A stretch of DNA of 64,000 nucleotides from Octopus vulgaris (GCA_951406725.2 OX597823.1:8122001-8186000); one strand, 5' to 3'; counted from the stretch's first letter, positions 1 through 12,954 are shown. The notes: generated by a model not told the origin, from the sequence alone. Numbers and translations are program-made.

Positions 1-1399
1 AAATCTGTGACTTAAAATGTCTGTAATTGCTAAAATGTCATGTGGCATTCATTTAATAAAATAAACGGAATTTCTTGTCGAAAATTTGTAAAATTTCTCT
101 TTAAATGATCTTTTGAATGGACACATTTAGAATTTGTTTTCTTAAAAATAATTTATCATCTTATGTAATTGTTGCATGAAAATCCTACAAATCTCTTATT
201 TAGAGAAATACTTGCTATTTAATGTTACCCTCACCAGCCATAGGGGAAAGATTATTGCATATTAATAAACTGGGAAATAAAAACTACAAAATTTCGAATA
301 GATAATATAATAGAAATATAAAAAAATAAGTATAACTTTGTTATTAAAGGAAAGCAAAACGAATAATTTATACATAATTTTTAAATCATTATATATGAAA
401 ACCCTGTGAACCAACCACATTGGTTCTCCATAAACGATCTATCATCAATGGTTTCTTTGACGGCTTGTTTTCTCTCTTTCAAATCAGAGATCACTTGAAT
501 GTAATTATCGGTCTGAAGTAAGTTAATCATTACAGGCTTCCTGAGATTAATTTGACATTTGAACCACTCTTTCCTTTTTAACATAGCTGCTTCTGGAAAT
601 ATGATAGTTTGCCTTAGAAAATAAACTTCTTGGATGTTTTCTATTCAGGATATTCTATGGTGTATCGAGAAGGACATTAGTCAACGATGAGAAAGTGCTT
701 GGCTAGTGAACGTTTGTTAATAAGCCGAGTGATTTTTATTATTCCACGATGCACTACACTATATGTAGTTATTGAGTGCACCATCGAGATATGCGTGAAT
801 ATACAATTGAGAGTTCATACTTGGCCTACAAATATAATCAATCTTCGAGAAAATACATTTCCCTTTTTATCATACAGCCTTAGTTATCAGACACATTAAC
901 ATCACATATTTTTCGTTCCCGTGTTTCCTAGACTTTTCATAATTTTGGTACAGACTGGAAGTCGTGTACACACTACCGTGGCACAACCAAAACCTATAAT
1001 GCGTTCTTGGGTTGAAAGCATTCACTAGATAAATATTACTTCAGTCAATGACAACAAGTCAAGACCTTATTTTACAAAAGGAAGAAAATATCACGGCTGT
1101 AACAAACTGATATATTACCCTACTTTTCAACAAGTGCGCCATGGCGGATTTTTGAAGTGCAGAAACATTTTAAGTGAGGAGTCTGGGGCAAGTGGTTAGA
1201 TTCGCGTCTGTGTATTTCAGTCGGACATCCGTCTTCACTGGACATCTTGGTATTTCATTATTTACTTAATAATTTGTTAACTTCCATTAAGGTCGGACCA
1301 TATACCAATTGATTTTAGGACTAGTGTATGCTGTGGTAGATTGATAGCATCAGTGTAATCAGTAGAGACCAAAGTTTTAAAATGGTAATACTGTAGCTT

Positions 1400-2390
1400 T
1401 CGAGTTTCACACACCACGAGTATCAGTAACTCTTTTGATCACATAATATTTCACTTGGCACCAGGGCTCCTTCATAGTTTTTAAGAGGTGCATTTTATTG
1501 GCCGAATTGTATAGAACCTGGAGCGCATGCTGTGTAGGGAGGTCACGAAACTTATCGAGATGTCTGTATTGAGTGAAATTTTGTTGCTCATTTCTGTCAA
1601 ACTTCATCTATGCTTTCAGTATCTATCTGAGACATTGTAAAATGCAGACTTTAACCATTAATCTTCAAGTGCATCTAGATTTAGTTTTTACATATTTATG
1701 CTACGTCAATGTTATCTCTAGCATGCGCTTGAGCACAACTGTATACGATTAAACCAAATCTGGCCTGTACACCTTTCTCATGTCATTACATTCTCTACTG
1801 CAATGTATAGTACAGTATAACATAAGCAACTGCTTGGGTCGCAGATGTTTCCACTGGTATTTTGTTACTGTCTCTACAAGAAAATGTTAAAATAGTGATA
1901 TGTTTGACATTATGTAAACTCTGGACAACCTTATAATCATGACCTTCTAGGCCTTGCTTGCTTAACTTCTGGGTGCAGCCACATGATAGCAATGCCAACA
2001 TTTCACAAACAGAGGAAACATTTCGTTTTCCTTACAGCATAATAAACCACCATTGAGGACTACACTATATACTCACAGATGCAGTGGGTATTTCCGGGCA
2101 AAATTAATTTTCTCCACTGTCTGGACTACAGATCCTCATGACAGAAGAGATGGACACGAAGCATTCATTTTTCTCCCTGTTTAAAGTGTGTTTGGTTCTC
2201 AACACAGAATTTGGAGCCATTAATACAGCATCTATTTTACTGTTTACCAGTTTGGCAGAATGGCATTGTAGTGCTTTCAAGATGGTGTTGCAGACATGTC
2301 TGGTGCCCTTAGGTTCATTTAACATATTGGAGGAAGGGGTTGGATTGTCTGGAGTTTATTGGAATAGTAGAATAAAAGGCATTCTTTAGA
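1400..2390 (-). mobile_element. Highly degraded RTE-like LINE reverse transcriptase remnant
   Basis: Minus-strand peptide LLSCGCTQKLSK..HD.KVV (1795-2001 ORF) resembles the RTE RT segment L.k.GCP.KF..ii..lH. Many stops and frameshifts; boundaries uncertain. Confidence 0.35.
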
Positions 2391-2427
2391 TATCTTTCAA
2401 TGTAAGTGTTGTTTTATTGTTATTATA

Positions 2428-2661
2428 TATTTCTTTATTACCCACAAGGGGCTAAACACAGAGGGGACAAACAAGAACAGACAAACGGATTAAGTCGATT
2501 ATATCGACCCCAGTGCATAACTGGTAGTTAATTTATCGACCCCGAAAGGATGAAAGGCAAAGTCGACCTCGGCGGAGTTTGAACTCAGAACGTAACGGCA
2601 GGCGAAATACGGATACGCATTTCGCCCGGCGTGCTAACGTTTCTGCCAGCTCGCCGCCTTA
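2428..2661 (-). mobile_element. SINE family C (tRNA-like head, Deu/Nin-like central domain, C1 tail)
   Basis: Minus strand begins aggcggcgagctggcagaaacgttagc, has B-box-like gagttcaaactcc, then gtcgactttgcctttcatcctttcggggtcgataaa, and ends ttgtgggtaataaagaaat. Perfect 19-bp TSD ttgttttattgttattata at 2409-2427 and 2662-2680. Confidence 0.92.
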
Positions 2662-3639
2662 TTGTTTTATTGTTATTATAGTTTACTCTCAGTCTGCTCT
2701 GCTAAATGGCGTTCGAACCACTATCATTCCGTCTTTTTGTATAACTAACAACATATTACTGAATAAATCCTTCCTTTTGAAGGCAGAATTTAATGGAAAG
2801 TTGGCAGCTATTTTTATTGAGTCAAGCGATCAAGTATCTGATGAAGAGGTGTGACATCTCTAGAGTATGTGGACTGTACATTTTTGTATTCCTTGTAGAT
2901 TATATATTGTTGTATCATTGTAGCGCAAGCAGAACAGACATAATTCAAGATAGATATGGTATACTTATGTATGTTTTTAAACATTGTTTCTTTGTATTTT
3001 GTAAAAAAACGGCGCTTGTAAGAGCTTGTAGTTTGTTGATGTATAATTTGTCATATTTTTGCTGTTTCCTGTGTGTTGTCACAATTGGTAGAAGCATAGT
3101 TTTCGTTGTGATAACTTATTCTTTGATGATACTGGTGAAAAACGAAAATAGAAGCTGGTGAACTTATGTCATGAAACAAAAAATAGTAAACCAATCTGTT
3201 CATCCTCTCTACTTATGTATATCCAATTACTCAAAGCAACTGTTCTCGTTCTTTTTAGAGAAGCTTGTTGTAAAATGAAGAAAAATCAGAGTAAAGTTCC
3301 CCCGTATAAATCAGTTATTGTTTAGACATTGGTACCAAAAAGCCTGGTATACATTTCTGACAATTTGAAAGAAGACATAAAGGATCGTAAGGAAACGATC
3401 ATAATATCGACAGAAGGGAATCTGGATTCTCAGAGCCAACCAAGGTCCAAAAGAAAGTTCTTCAAGTTCGGCTGTGATGTGTTTAACAATTTGTACAAAT
3501 CCTTGAGAAAATGCAATGAAAAATTTACTTTTATTAACACTGAACCCAGCCAGCAAGTTTTAATGGATTATAACGGTTTCCTATTTAGGTGCAGGGCAAT
3601 TTCAGGAAGAGGTCGAGTAGTAGATTGGCATTTTATATT

Positions 3640-4310
<671 letters not shown>

Positions 4311-5959
4311 CGTATATAAAGAGCCGAAACGAATGCTGCAAATAAAATTTTTCTGACGCGCTAATGAGTCTGCCAGCTCTTCGTTTTGTTAGTTGTATAC
4401 AATAGGAATAAAAATATCGTAAGTTAGAAAGAACCACACGTGGATCAAAGGATATACATTAAGCTAAAAGTGTATATTTAATATAATATTTTCCTGAAAG
4501 TTGAATCAAGTTTCTAGAAGAAATGTACACACACATACACAAACACCTGAAAAATACATAAATTATGTATGCATATTTTAATGCACATATATTTAATTAC
4601 CTCCCACGCTTCGTCCGGTTAAACCCATTTATGTATTATTCCTCTAAAATTTGTATTTATTTTATTGAGCCCTTTGTTGAAAACTTGCACGAAGAAATAT
4701 TCTCGTTATAGCGACGAAATAGTTATTCCTCTCATGTGTGTGTGAGTGTAAGTGTGTGTATTTGTTTATGTATGTGAACGTGCTTGTGTGTACATCTATA
4801 CATATATATTATGTACGTACATGCACACACACATGCACATACACATATATAATTATATATATATATATATATATTTATATATTTATGTACACACATATAT
4901 AAACGTACATATATAGACTATAAGTAGCATATGTAGCATTTTATGAATAATTTGCTTTCACATAGACAGGTAGACTGGTATATATGTCTCTGATTAATCT
5001 CGGCAACCTAAGGCTAACACTATTTACAGAGTAAACTATATAAATAATGTTTGAAGTATTGATTCATTCGATTTTCCTTTCCCCTAATTACCCATATACT
5101 CAAGGAGATTTCTATCAAAAATGAGAATTGTATGTTTGTTTATGTGGTAATTGTTTAAGAAACATTAAAATTCTAGTCGGTATCATCAAAGAGAATTTTA
5201 ATTCCGGGAACTATATGATTCTAGACTGTTCTCTATTATGGGTAAGATTTAAACCACAGAAACATTAAATATACATCTTAGTAAATTTATTAGTCGATAT
5301 TTTTGGCATTGGTCTGATGACTGATTTAATTTATAATTTCATTATTCGATTGGTTATCAATTGTAACATTTTTTATTGAAATTCGAACTGATAGTCATTG
5401 TTGTACTTCAGGATTTGGTTTCAGAAATTGTAAGTACTTGTAAAGTTTTTATTTAATTTCGCACTCCTTTGAGTCGTATTCTTTTCTCTTATTCAATCAG
5501 TTTTGTGGTAACTTTAGTAGAATGTGTTCAGAGCATAGTGGAATTCCACTGACTATAAAAAATATTTGATTTTAAGATGCTAGAATTTTATTCGCTCTAT
5601 TTAAATGATTATTCAGTGTTGAAAGTAGTAATGTAATTCTACTACGATACGTTTAAGTAAGTCGATATTTGAAGGTGGAAACGGATAAATTGAAGTCAAA
5701 CTTGAACTTAAATGAATACTTTAACTACAGCCAGACAACTATAAAGGAAACTGAGCATCATTCACTCGCAGTGTAGAAATATTTCTTTATAAATTCAGAG
5801 TTTCACAGTAGCACTTGTGTTCTTTGGAGAGAAGAAATGGAAAATTTTAACACAAGTATAATTTTTATGCTGTTGGTATCAGAAAAAAGCCTTTTTATGA
5901 ATCGCCTAAACTATATTTTGCAGTCTCTGATCTGAATAACACGAAAACCTACTCACCCT

Positions 5960-5990
<31 letters not shown>

Positions 5991-6834
5991 TTCGTACAAC
6001 GAACCTACAAACTTGTAAGATGACATGTTACGATATTTTGGCAATCTCTTGATTATTTTATAAAAAGAAGGAATCATTACCGGAAAGCGCAAAAAAGCTC
6101 TCGTAATATTCATATTAAATGGTAGTTAATGTGTTAATGTTCAAATGTATGAAGTGTGATAAATGAAAGCCCCGACTTTCGTGAATAACAGAATTAATGA
6201 ATCTAACTATCTCTACTAGGAATATCATGTGGCATAGATAGCCCCAGTGAAATGTAATTTTCTTAATGATTAAGACGGGGAAAAGCAGCTTTCATGAACA
6301 TTTTCAAGGCTTCTGCGACTTGGTGGAAGGGAAGATATACCCAGACCGGAAAACTATTCCGAATGCTTGAAAAAATGTTGACAGATAAAAGCCACACAGG
6401 CCAGGTGGTAGTGTCAAACCGGATGTTGGATTACTACTACCATATGAAAACAAGAACGACGAGATTCCAGATGTGCTTCCAGTGTTTCTTTTTACCAAAT
6501 CTCATTCACGAACCTTTGGTGAACCTGAAAGTATTGTGCTCAAACTGCCACATAGTCGCATCAATCCCAAACCCAAATGGTGCAAAATGAACGTCTTAGC
6601 AATACAGTCATGTTTACGCAGGGAATTTAATATATATGTAGCCAAATTTAAAAGCTTTTGTAAAATTACTTGATACATTCACAATAATTACACGCCATCA
6701 ACTTTTGTGGAAGACGTTTGCGTATAGTGTATATTTTGTATGTAAACTCTTTTATTGTTCAACCTTCCAAACACACGGGTTCTCGGCTAATGTGTATAGA
6801 GGAAGTTGTGTTTAGTAATGGCGTTGAACATTTC

Positions 6835-7255
6835 CGGCTTAGTTTCGATTTAAGAATTTTTATAGTGTTCTCCTTGTGCCTTTCATAGTTGATTAGTTTT
6901 ATCTTTATGTTGTAAAAGGGAATATTTAAAAATTTCCATTTGCATAAATGTCTCGATGTTTACTACACGAAATATCTCCAAGAAACGAATCTTTTATTTG
7001 CTGTTTATGCACGTTTACACAGTTGGTTCCCGTTTCGCCAATGTAATTCTCATCATTTTGTAGGTATGTGATACTGTAGATGTGATTATTTTGCTTTCAA
7101 ATTCATGTTTGCATTCACTTTCAATTTCTTCCTATTCCCGAATCTTTTCGTTGGTCCTTGTTCACTTATTTAACATGTTCCACAATGAGGAACTCTACAG
7201 TTTGTTCTAATTTCTCTTTGCAATGTGAATCTTGCCTTTGTTAAGATTTGTTTCA
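6835..7255 (-). mobile_element. Penelope-like element GIY-YIG endonuclease remnant
   Basis: Manual minus-strand translation gives LTKARF..NCRVPHCGTC..VNANM..ENYIGETG..VHKQQIKD..CSKH..IFPFY..KE, a PLE C-terminal endonuclease pattern with stops. YIGETG lies at about 7030-7047. Confidence 0.75.
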
Positions 7256-8059
7256 TTTATGGCATTTATCCATTCATTAGAGAAACGCGCGGGCGGAGTG
7301 GAGTTTTAATCCCTGTCAACTAAATGTATTGCATCCTTAATACAGTCTGTCGTTCTCTTTTTCTGTTTTCTTCTCTCTTCCTTGTGCTCCCCAGTTATTT
7401 TTTCTTCCTGTCTTCCTGTCTGCACACACTTGACTGAATACAACTTACAATTTTATCTCTTTCCTTTTCTTTTTATTTCTCCCCTTTCTCTCCGTGTTCA
7501 CCTGTCTTGCTATGTAAACAACGAACAAAAAACTATCCCTCTCAAAGTGTTTGCCTTCTGGCGACACATGCATCTATTTAGTAATTTGCAGGAATTCACA
7601 ATTACCGCCCATTAATCCAACAGAACTTTTTGATTAGTGTAGAATGATTAATATCCTGGTGTCTAAGCAACAAGGAAATCCTAAGAACATTAATGCAAAA
7701 TAGCCTGAAAGGTATGCATGTCGAATTAATGGACTTTCCTAGGATCCATGGGTATTATATATATCTGATAATATCCTATGGATGTGATAAGATAGTCCCA
7801 TAAAAATACATGTCATGCCAAAACATATGTAGCAATGTATTAATAAAAATACAAAAATCTCCACCCGTGAAATAGTTCTCGTTATTAATATATTTATCCT
7901 ACGCTACATGGAGTACCACATACATCCCATAGGTTAACTCGGCAGGTTGGGAATAATATACAGTAGCCAGCAACAATTAGCATAGGAACTTTTATGAGCA
8001 CACTGATAAGCATTTACCATATGCAAAATAAAGGATATATTTATACGTATATATACTTG

Positions 8060-8250
8060 TGTGTGAATTTGTGCTTGTGTTCGTCCCCGACCACCGTCTG
8101 ACAACCGGTGTTTGCTTGTTTACACTCCAGTAACTTAGCGGTTCGGTTAAAAACAGTTTTATAGAATAAGTATCAGGCTTTAAAATAAGTACTGGCGTCG
8201 GTTTGTTAAACATGCCTGCAATACAATGAGTGAAACGCATAAAAGATTAC
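8060..8250 (+). mobile_element. Old, diverged 3' half of SINE family A
   Basis: tgacaaccggtgtt...cagtaacttagcggttcgg...atagaataagta matches the family A 3' region. Confidence 0.7.
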
Positions 8251-8288
8251 GTATACATACAAACCTACATACACACACGCACACACAC

Positions 8289-8332
<44 letters not shown>

Positions 8333-8334
<2 letters not shown>

Positions 8335-10280
8335 CAAATGGGAAGGCCGGTTTATGGGATTACCTTAGGATTCCCGTCCATAAATGGTTTAGCTTTGTGG
8401 CGTATCATCAGACACCAAAAACCTGTTGACCCATGATCTCTTAAAAATAAGAAGGCGGAAATGCCTCAGTACTCAAAGGTAACAATTGGAGATTATCTCC
8501 ATTCGTTATTGGCTATCGACTTCCGGTTGTGCTGCCATCTTGTGGGCTCCAAAAAGCTAGCAAGAACCTCCTGAAACGTAAACATGGCCCGAAAATCTCG
8601 TTCTGGATCGAGTGAGTCTTTTAGAATTCTCGCGCGTTCAGCTGTGCATAACTTGTAACGCCTCGTCCCGTTGATGTAGAGGCCTGGGTTCTCGAAGATT
8701 TTCCATGAGATCAAGTATGGAATCCCATTGTCTCTTAGTTGCCAGACGTGGCTGGCCAATGAAGTTACGTATCTCCGTTCCGGAACTCTGAAAGAGGACC
8801 TGTGGCTGGAGAGACTTTGGCTTGAAAGAGTTGCCGGCGTGTGTTGTTGCTGCTGTACCTGCTGGTGTTGCTGTTATTGTTGCTGTTGTTGTTGTTGTTG
8901 TTGCTGTTGGCGTTGACATTATTGTTGTTGAAGCTAGAACTGCAGGTGTTGGCGTCGCTGTAGGTGGTAGTGGCGTCGGTAATGGTATCGCCATTGCCGG
9001 TTATGGTGAAGGCACTGTTGTTATTATTTTGGGCCTCGTCATTGGTGGGAGAGCTGCCATTGTTGCTAGAGGTGTCATTAGCTTTGGTTTCGCTGGTGTT
9101 TCTGCCAGGACCACTGTCGCTGCCGCTGTTATTGACCTTATAGCTGGTGGTCGCACTGGATCTGGTGCTGCTGCTATAGGAGTTGTCGGGTCTGCTGCTG
9201 TGGAAAGTTAAGGAAGCTGGTGGTAATGCTGGTGTTGATGGTGATGCTGCTGTTGTTAGTGTTGCTGCCGTCGGGGGAACTGCCAATGCTGTTGCTGGTG
9301 CTGTTATTGTTATTGATGCTAATGTTGTTAACTGTGTCGTTGGTTCTGTTCTCGTATCTACGGCTGCTACTCCTTCTACCGTTGGTATTGCCAGGGCTTG
9401 CTTGCACTTCGGCTTCATAGACAACCCCTTTGGTTCCACAATGGCCTGCCACCGGGCATCTGTTGCGGTCTCTGCATGAACATCATGCCTCTCCCTGTGG
9501 TTTAGGGGCGCTAACTAAGATGCTCTTAATACTGGGGGCATAGCTTAACGAGACTCTAACGTTGTGCCTGTTGGAAATGGGCCCGTACCTATGGGATCTA
9601 GTGAAACGCCTATCTATTAATTTAAGGAATATTCTACCTACGGGCGCTTTTGTTAAGAAAAATGAGGGGAAACCAACTGGTATTTCTGTGGTTCTTCCTT
9701 CTGCGGTTGTTGGGTTCCGGCATGTAGGAGATGCGGTCTCTAAATCCGCTGGAAGTTAGGGGCTCGTTATAGTACGGGGCCGATGTGTCGAAAATCTCTT
9801 GGTTAGAGAAAATGTTCGCGATCGTCTTACTAACACCCTTTGCCAGGTTTTTGAGCACGATGGGTGGGTTGCAGGAGGCTGAGCTGATGTACGTTAGCCT
9901 CTCGTTTGGTTTGCGGTAGGGCCTGTATGTACCGGAGCCGAAATCGAGTATGACGTCTACTCGTATGACGTCTACGACGCTGTCGTGAGGTTGGTCTCTA
10001 TGGTGATTTTCAATCCCATGGAGGCAAGCGTGCTTATTAGATCTTTTCTAAGCATGCCTAGTGTATACTCGTCTACCTGCTAGAGATGGCCAGGGCGTCA
10101 TCGCTGTAGAGGCCAAAGAGGACAGAGGGGAACTTTTTCCTAAGGGTATCGAGGATATACAACGCGATGAGGTCGCATACGTCATCTCTGTAGTAGGCTC
10201 TCATCGTTACGTCAAAGGAGCCCGTGGGGTCGGATTGCTTGACCAATACCGAATCTTTGTTGAACAACACTTACGAACAG
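8333..10280 (-). mobile_element. Penelope-like retroelement (RT + C-terminal GIY-YIG), 5'-truncated and frameshifted
   Basis: RT motifs SFDVTM..VCDLIALYIL..GLYSDDALA (10073-10270); thumb APYYNEPL..WFP; SCRDRNRCPVAGHCGTKGVVYEAEV; LSSHRSSFR..TSLASHVWQLRD..WKI..KLCTAER. Both ends abut (TA)n. Confidence 0.9.
8373..8415 (-). ncRNA. Degenerate hammerhead ribozyme motif in PLE 3' terminal repeat
   Basis: Minus strand ctgatga-tacgccacaaagct-aaac-catttatg-gac: CUGAUGA core intact, GAAA and cleavage triplet altered. Position downstream of the PLE ORF is as expected. Confidence 0.45.
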
Positions 10281-10299
10281 TATATATATATATATATAT

Positions 10300-11190
10300 A
10301 TCATCATCATCATCATCATCATCATCGTTTAGCGTCCGCTTTCCATGCTGGCATGGGTTGGACGGTTCAACTGGGGTCTGGGAAACCAGAAGGCTGCACC
10401 AGGCCCAGTTTGATCTGGCAATGTTTCTACGGCTGGATGCCCTTCCTAACGCCAACCACTCCATGATTGTTGTGGGTGCTTTTTACGTGCCACTGGCACA
10501 TGTGCCAGACGAGTCTGGCAAACGGCCACGATCGGATGGTGCTTTTTATGTGCCACCGGCACGGGGGCCAGGCGAGGCTGGCAACGGCCACGAACGGATG
10601 GTGCTTTTTACGTGCCACCGGCACGAGGCCAGTCGGGGCGGCGCTGGCAACGGCCACGTTCGGATGGTTCTCTTACGTGCCACCGGCACTGGTAACTCAG
10701 CTGCAATTTCCATTGATCGATTTCGATTCTGATTCTCACTTGCCTCAACAGGTCTTCACAAGTAGAGTTTTGTGTCCCAAGAAGGAAAGGTATGCATAAG
10801 TTGACTGGCTACATCCCGTGTAGAAGGCCACGGGTTATGGTCTCACTTTTCCTGCCGGGTCTTCTCACGCACAGCATACTTCCAGAGGTCTCGGTCTCTA
10901 GTCATTTCCTCAGTGAGACCTAAAGTTCGAAGGTCATGCTTCACCACCTCGTCCCAGGTTTTCCTGGGTCTGCCTCTTCCACAGGTTCCCTCAACCGCTA
11001 GAGTGTGGCACTTTTTCACACAACTATCTTCATCCATTCTCGCCACATGTCCATACCAGCGCAAACGTCTCTCTTGCACACCACTTCTGATGCTTCTTAG
11101 GTCCAGCCTTTCTCTCAAGGTACTTACACTCTGTCGAGTATGAACACTGACATTACACATCCATCGGAGCATACTGGGTTCATTTCTTGC
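10300..11190 (-). mobile_element. RTE-clade LINE, 5'-truncated (ORF C-terminus + 3' UTR + (GAT)n tail)
   Basis: ORF 10843-11202 has MLRWMC..RRLRWYGHVARM..GRGRPRKTW..DRDLWK. 3' UTR has gttggcgttaggaagggcatccagccgtagaaac and ends in (gat)n at 10300-10326. Confidence 0.93.
10475..10690. repeat. ~62-66 bp GC-rich tandem repeat (about 3.4 units) inside the RTE 3' UTR
   Basis: Units start ggtgctttttacgtgcc at 10475, 10538, 10600, with a partial unit at 10666. Each carries the hairpins gtgcc-acc-ggcac and gccag-N-ctggc. Confidence 0.85.
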
Positions 11191-11853
11191 AGGCAGGGTC
11201 AATAATTATTCGCATTTTCGCCAAAACTTTTGACCTGAGTACCTTCAGAGTCGCATATCAAAATGTGGTACTTTTGTGGTTACTTATTACACAAACGAGG
11301 TTTGAATTCGATCGCTCTAGCTTTCTTTCTTGTGTTACAAAGTAAATATGGCCGCTCTGCTGGCAGTGTGCACAAAAAAACAGAAATCAACGATAAGCTT
11401 TTTCTGGTTTGAAGGTGTGTCACGGGCTGACATTCATTGCAGGATTTCAGTATAGTACGAGGACAGCGTTCTACTGTGTAGAAGTGTGTATGAATGGATC
11501 GAGACGTTTAAAAACGGTCGAACAGGCGTGAAGTACGAAGAGAGAGAGAGAGAGAGAAGGACACACACACATCAGCTTTCACAAGTGACATGAAGATTCA
11601 CCAAGCTCTAGAAATGGTTCTGGCAAACCAACGAATGACCATCGACGAGGAGGCATGTTTGCTGCAAATTGGCCCTGATTCTGTATACGAAAGCATCCAC
11701 GACCAACTTCACTTCCGTTAAGTCTGTACGAGATAAATGCCAAGAGGTCTCATGAAGCGCACGTGCACAATCGTGTGAAGATGTGAAGATCAGTCTACGT
11801 TCACTCGACCGCTACAAAGAAAGCAAAGCCTTTTGGGACACAATAGTCACAGG

Positions 11854-11855
<2 letters not shown>
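11191..11855 (+). mobile_element. Mariner transposon relic (left end + N-terminal transposase)
   Basis: TIR-like gtcaataattattcgc; ATG near 11348 gives MAALLAVCTK..FWFEGVSRADIH..SVYEWIETFKNGRTGV. Ends at IVTG(D) where (ATGT)n begins. Confidence 0.85.
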
Positions 11856-11884
<29 letters not shown>

Positions 11885-11917
11885 TGTATGTATGTATGTA
11901 TGTATGTATGTATGTAT

Positions 11918-12036
11918 ATCACGTGATCACGTGGCCGACCAGACCATCAGATGTTGTTACACATCGCTGGTCACAATGCGTTCGCATTGTTTTAGCCTTC
12001 GAATGACGCCACCCCGCTGGCTAAGCGAGCAGGCCA
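11918..12036 (-). mobile_element. Isolated B2-type 3' tail module
   Basis: Reverse complement tggcctgctcgcttagccagcggggtggcgtcattcgaaggctaaaacaatgcg matches 36567-36660. Flanked by microsatellites. Confidence 0.8.
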
Positions 12037-12094
<58 letters not shown>

Positions 12095-12162
12095 ATGTAT
12101 ATATATGTATATATATATATATATATATATGTATGATGTATATATATGTATATATATATATA

Positions 12163-12517
12163 TAAGAAACAAGTTAGAAAACAATGGTCATTACATATAA
12201 TTCTTTTGTTAGAGCAAATTTGGCTTACAGCTGTTTCCAGTAGTAATTATGGGTAACAGCTGTAAGCCAAATTTGGTCTAATAAAGGAATTATATGTAAT
12301 AACCATTCTTTTAAACTTGTTTCTTAAATATCATTCTGTAAAACCCAGTTTATCTGAAGCCCATCCACGGATTTACCATTTAGAATTGTGAGGAATCATG
12401 ACTTGGGACCCTACTAAAAGATTACTTAGAGTTCTTCACTAATCTAAGTAATTTTATTAGCCTGGTGTGTCAACAGAGAGTTTATAAAGTATTTTGCCCA
12501 GATTGATAATCTCTCAC
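12163..12517. mobile_element. PLE-type terminal-repeat fragment with fold-back, within (TA)n
   Basis: Imperfect inverted repeat with arms 12163-12235 and 12255-12326. Contains gaaacagctgta (hammerhead stem III-like) on the minus strand. Confidence 0.6.
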
Positions 12518-12529
12518 TATATATATATA

Positions 12530-12909
12530 GGCGCAGGAGTGGCTGTGTGGTAAGTAGCTTGCTTACCAACCACATGGTCCTGGGTTCAGTTCCACTGCGT
12601 AGCACCTTGGGCAAATGTCTTCTACTATAGCCCCGGGCCGACCAAAGCCTTGTGAGTGGATTTGGTAGACGGAAACTGAAAGAAGCCCGTTGTATATATG
12701 TGTATATATGTATGTGCGTGTATGTTTGTGTGTCTGTGTTTGTCCCTCTGGCATTGCTTGACAGCCGATGCTGGTGTGTTTATGTCCCCGTCATCCAGAA
12801 TAAGTACTGGGCTTACAAAGAATAAGTCCCGGGGTCGAGTTGCTCGACTAAAGGCGGTGCTCCAGCATGGCCGCAGTTAAATGACTGAAACAAGTAAAAG
12901 AGTAAAAGA

Positions 12910-12912
<3 letters not shown>
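12530..12912 (+). mobile_element. SINE family A (small internal deletion)
   Basis: Head ggcgcaggagtggctgtgtgg and (gagtaaaa)n tail; lacks acttagcggttcggc. Inserted in (TA)n. Confidence 0.92.

Positions 12913-12954
<42 letters not shown>

Noticed and set aside
381-600. Minus-strand 67-aa ORF with an upstream tttccag acceptor
   Set aside because: No recognisable domain and no supporting exon chain; length is within chance expectation.
8765-9439. 224-aa Thr/Ala/Ser-rich ORF as a mucin-like host gene
   Set aside because: Lies inside a Penelope-like element between two halves of its endonuclease; no signal peptide or splice context.
10475-10690. CRISPR-like array or HDV-like ribozyme
   Set aside because: Units are whole tandem duplicates without unique spacers in a eukaryotic LINE UTR; the nested double pseudoknot of HDV-like ribozymes could not be built.
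10061-10732. 223-aa plus-strand ORF
   Set aside because: Antisense read-through across the PLE RT, a (TA)n tract and the RTE 3' UTR repeats.
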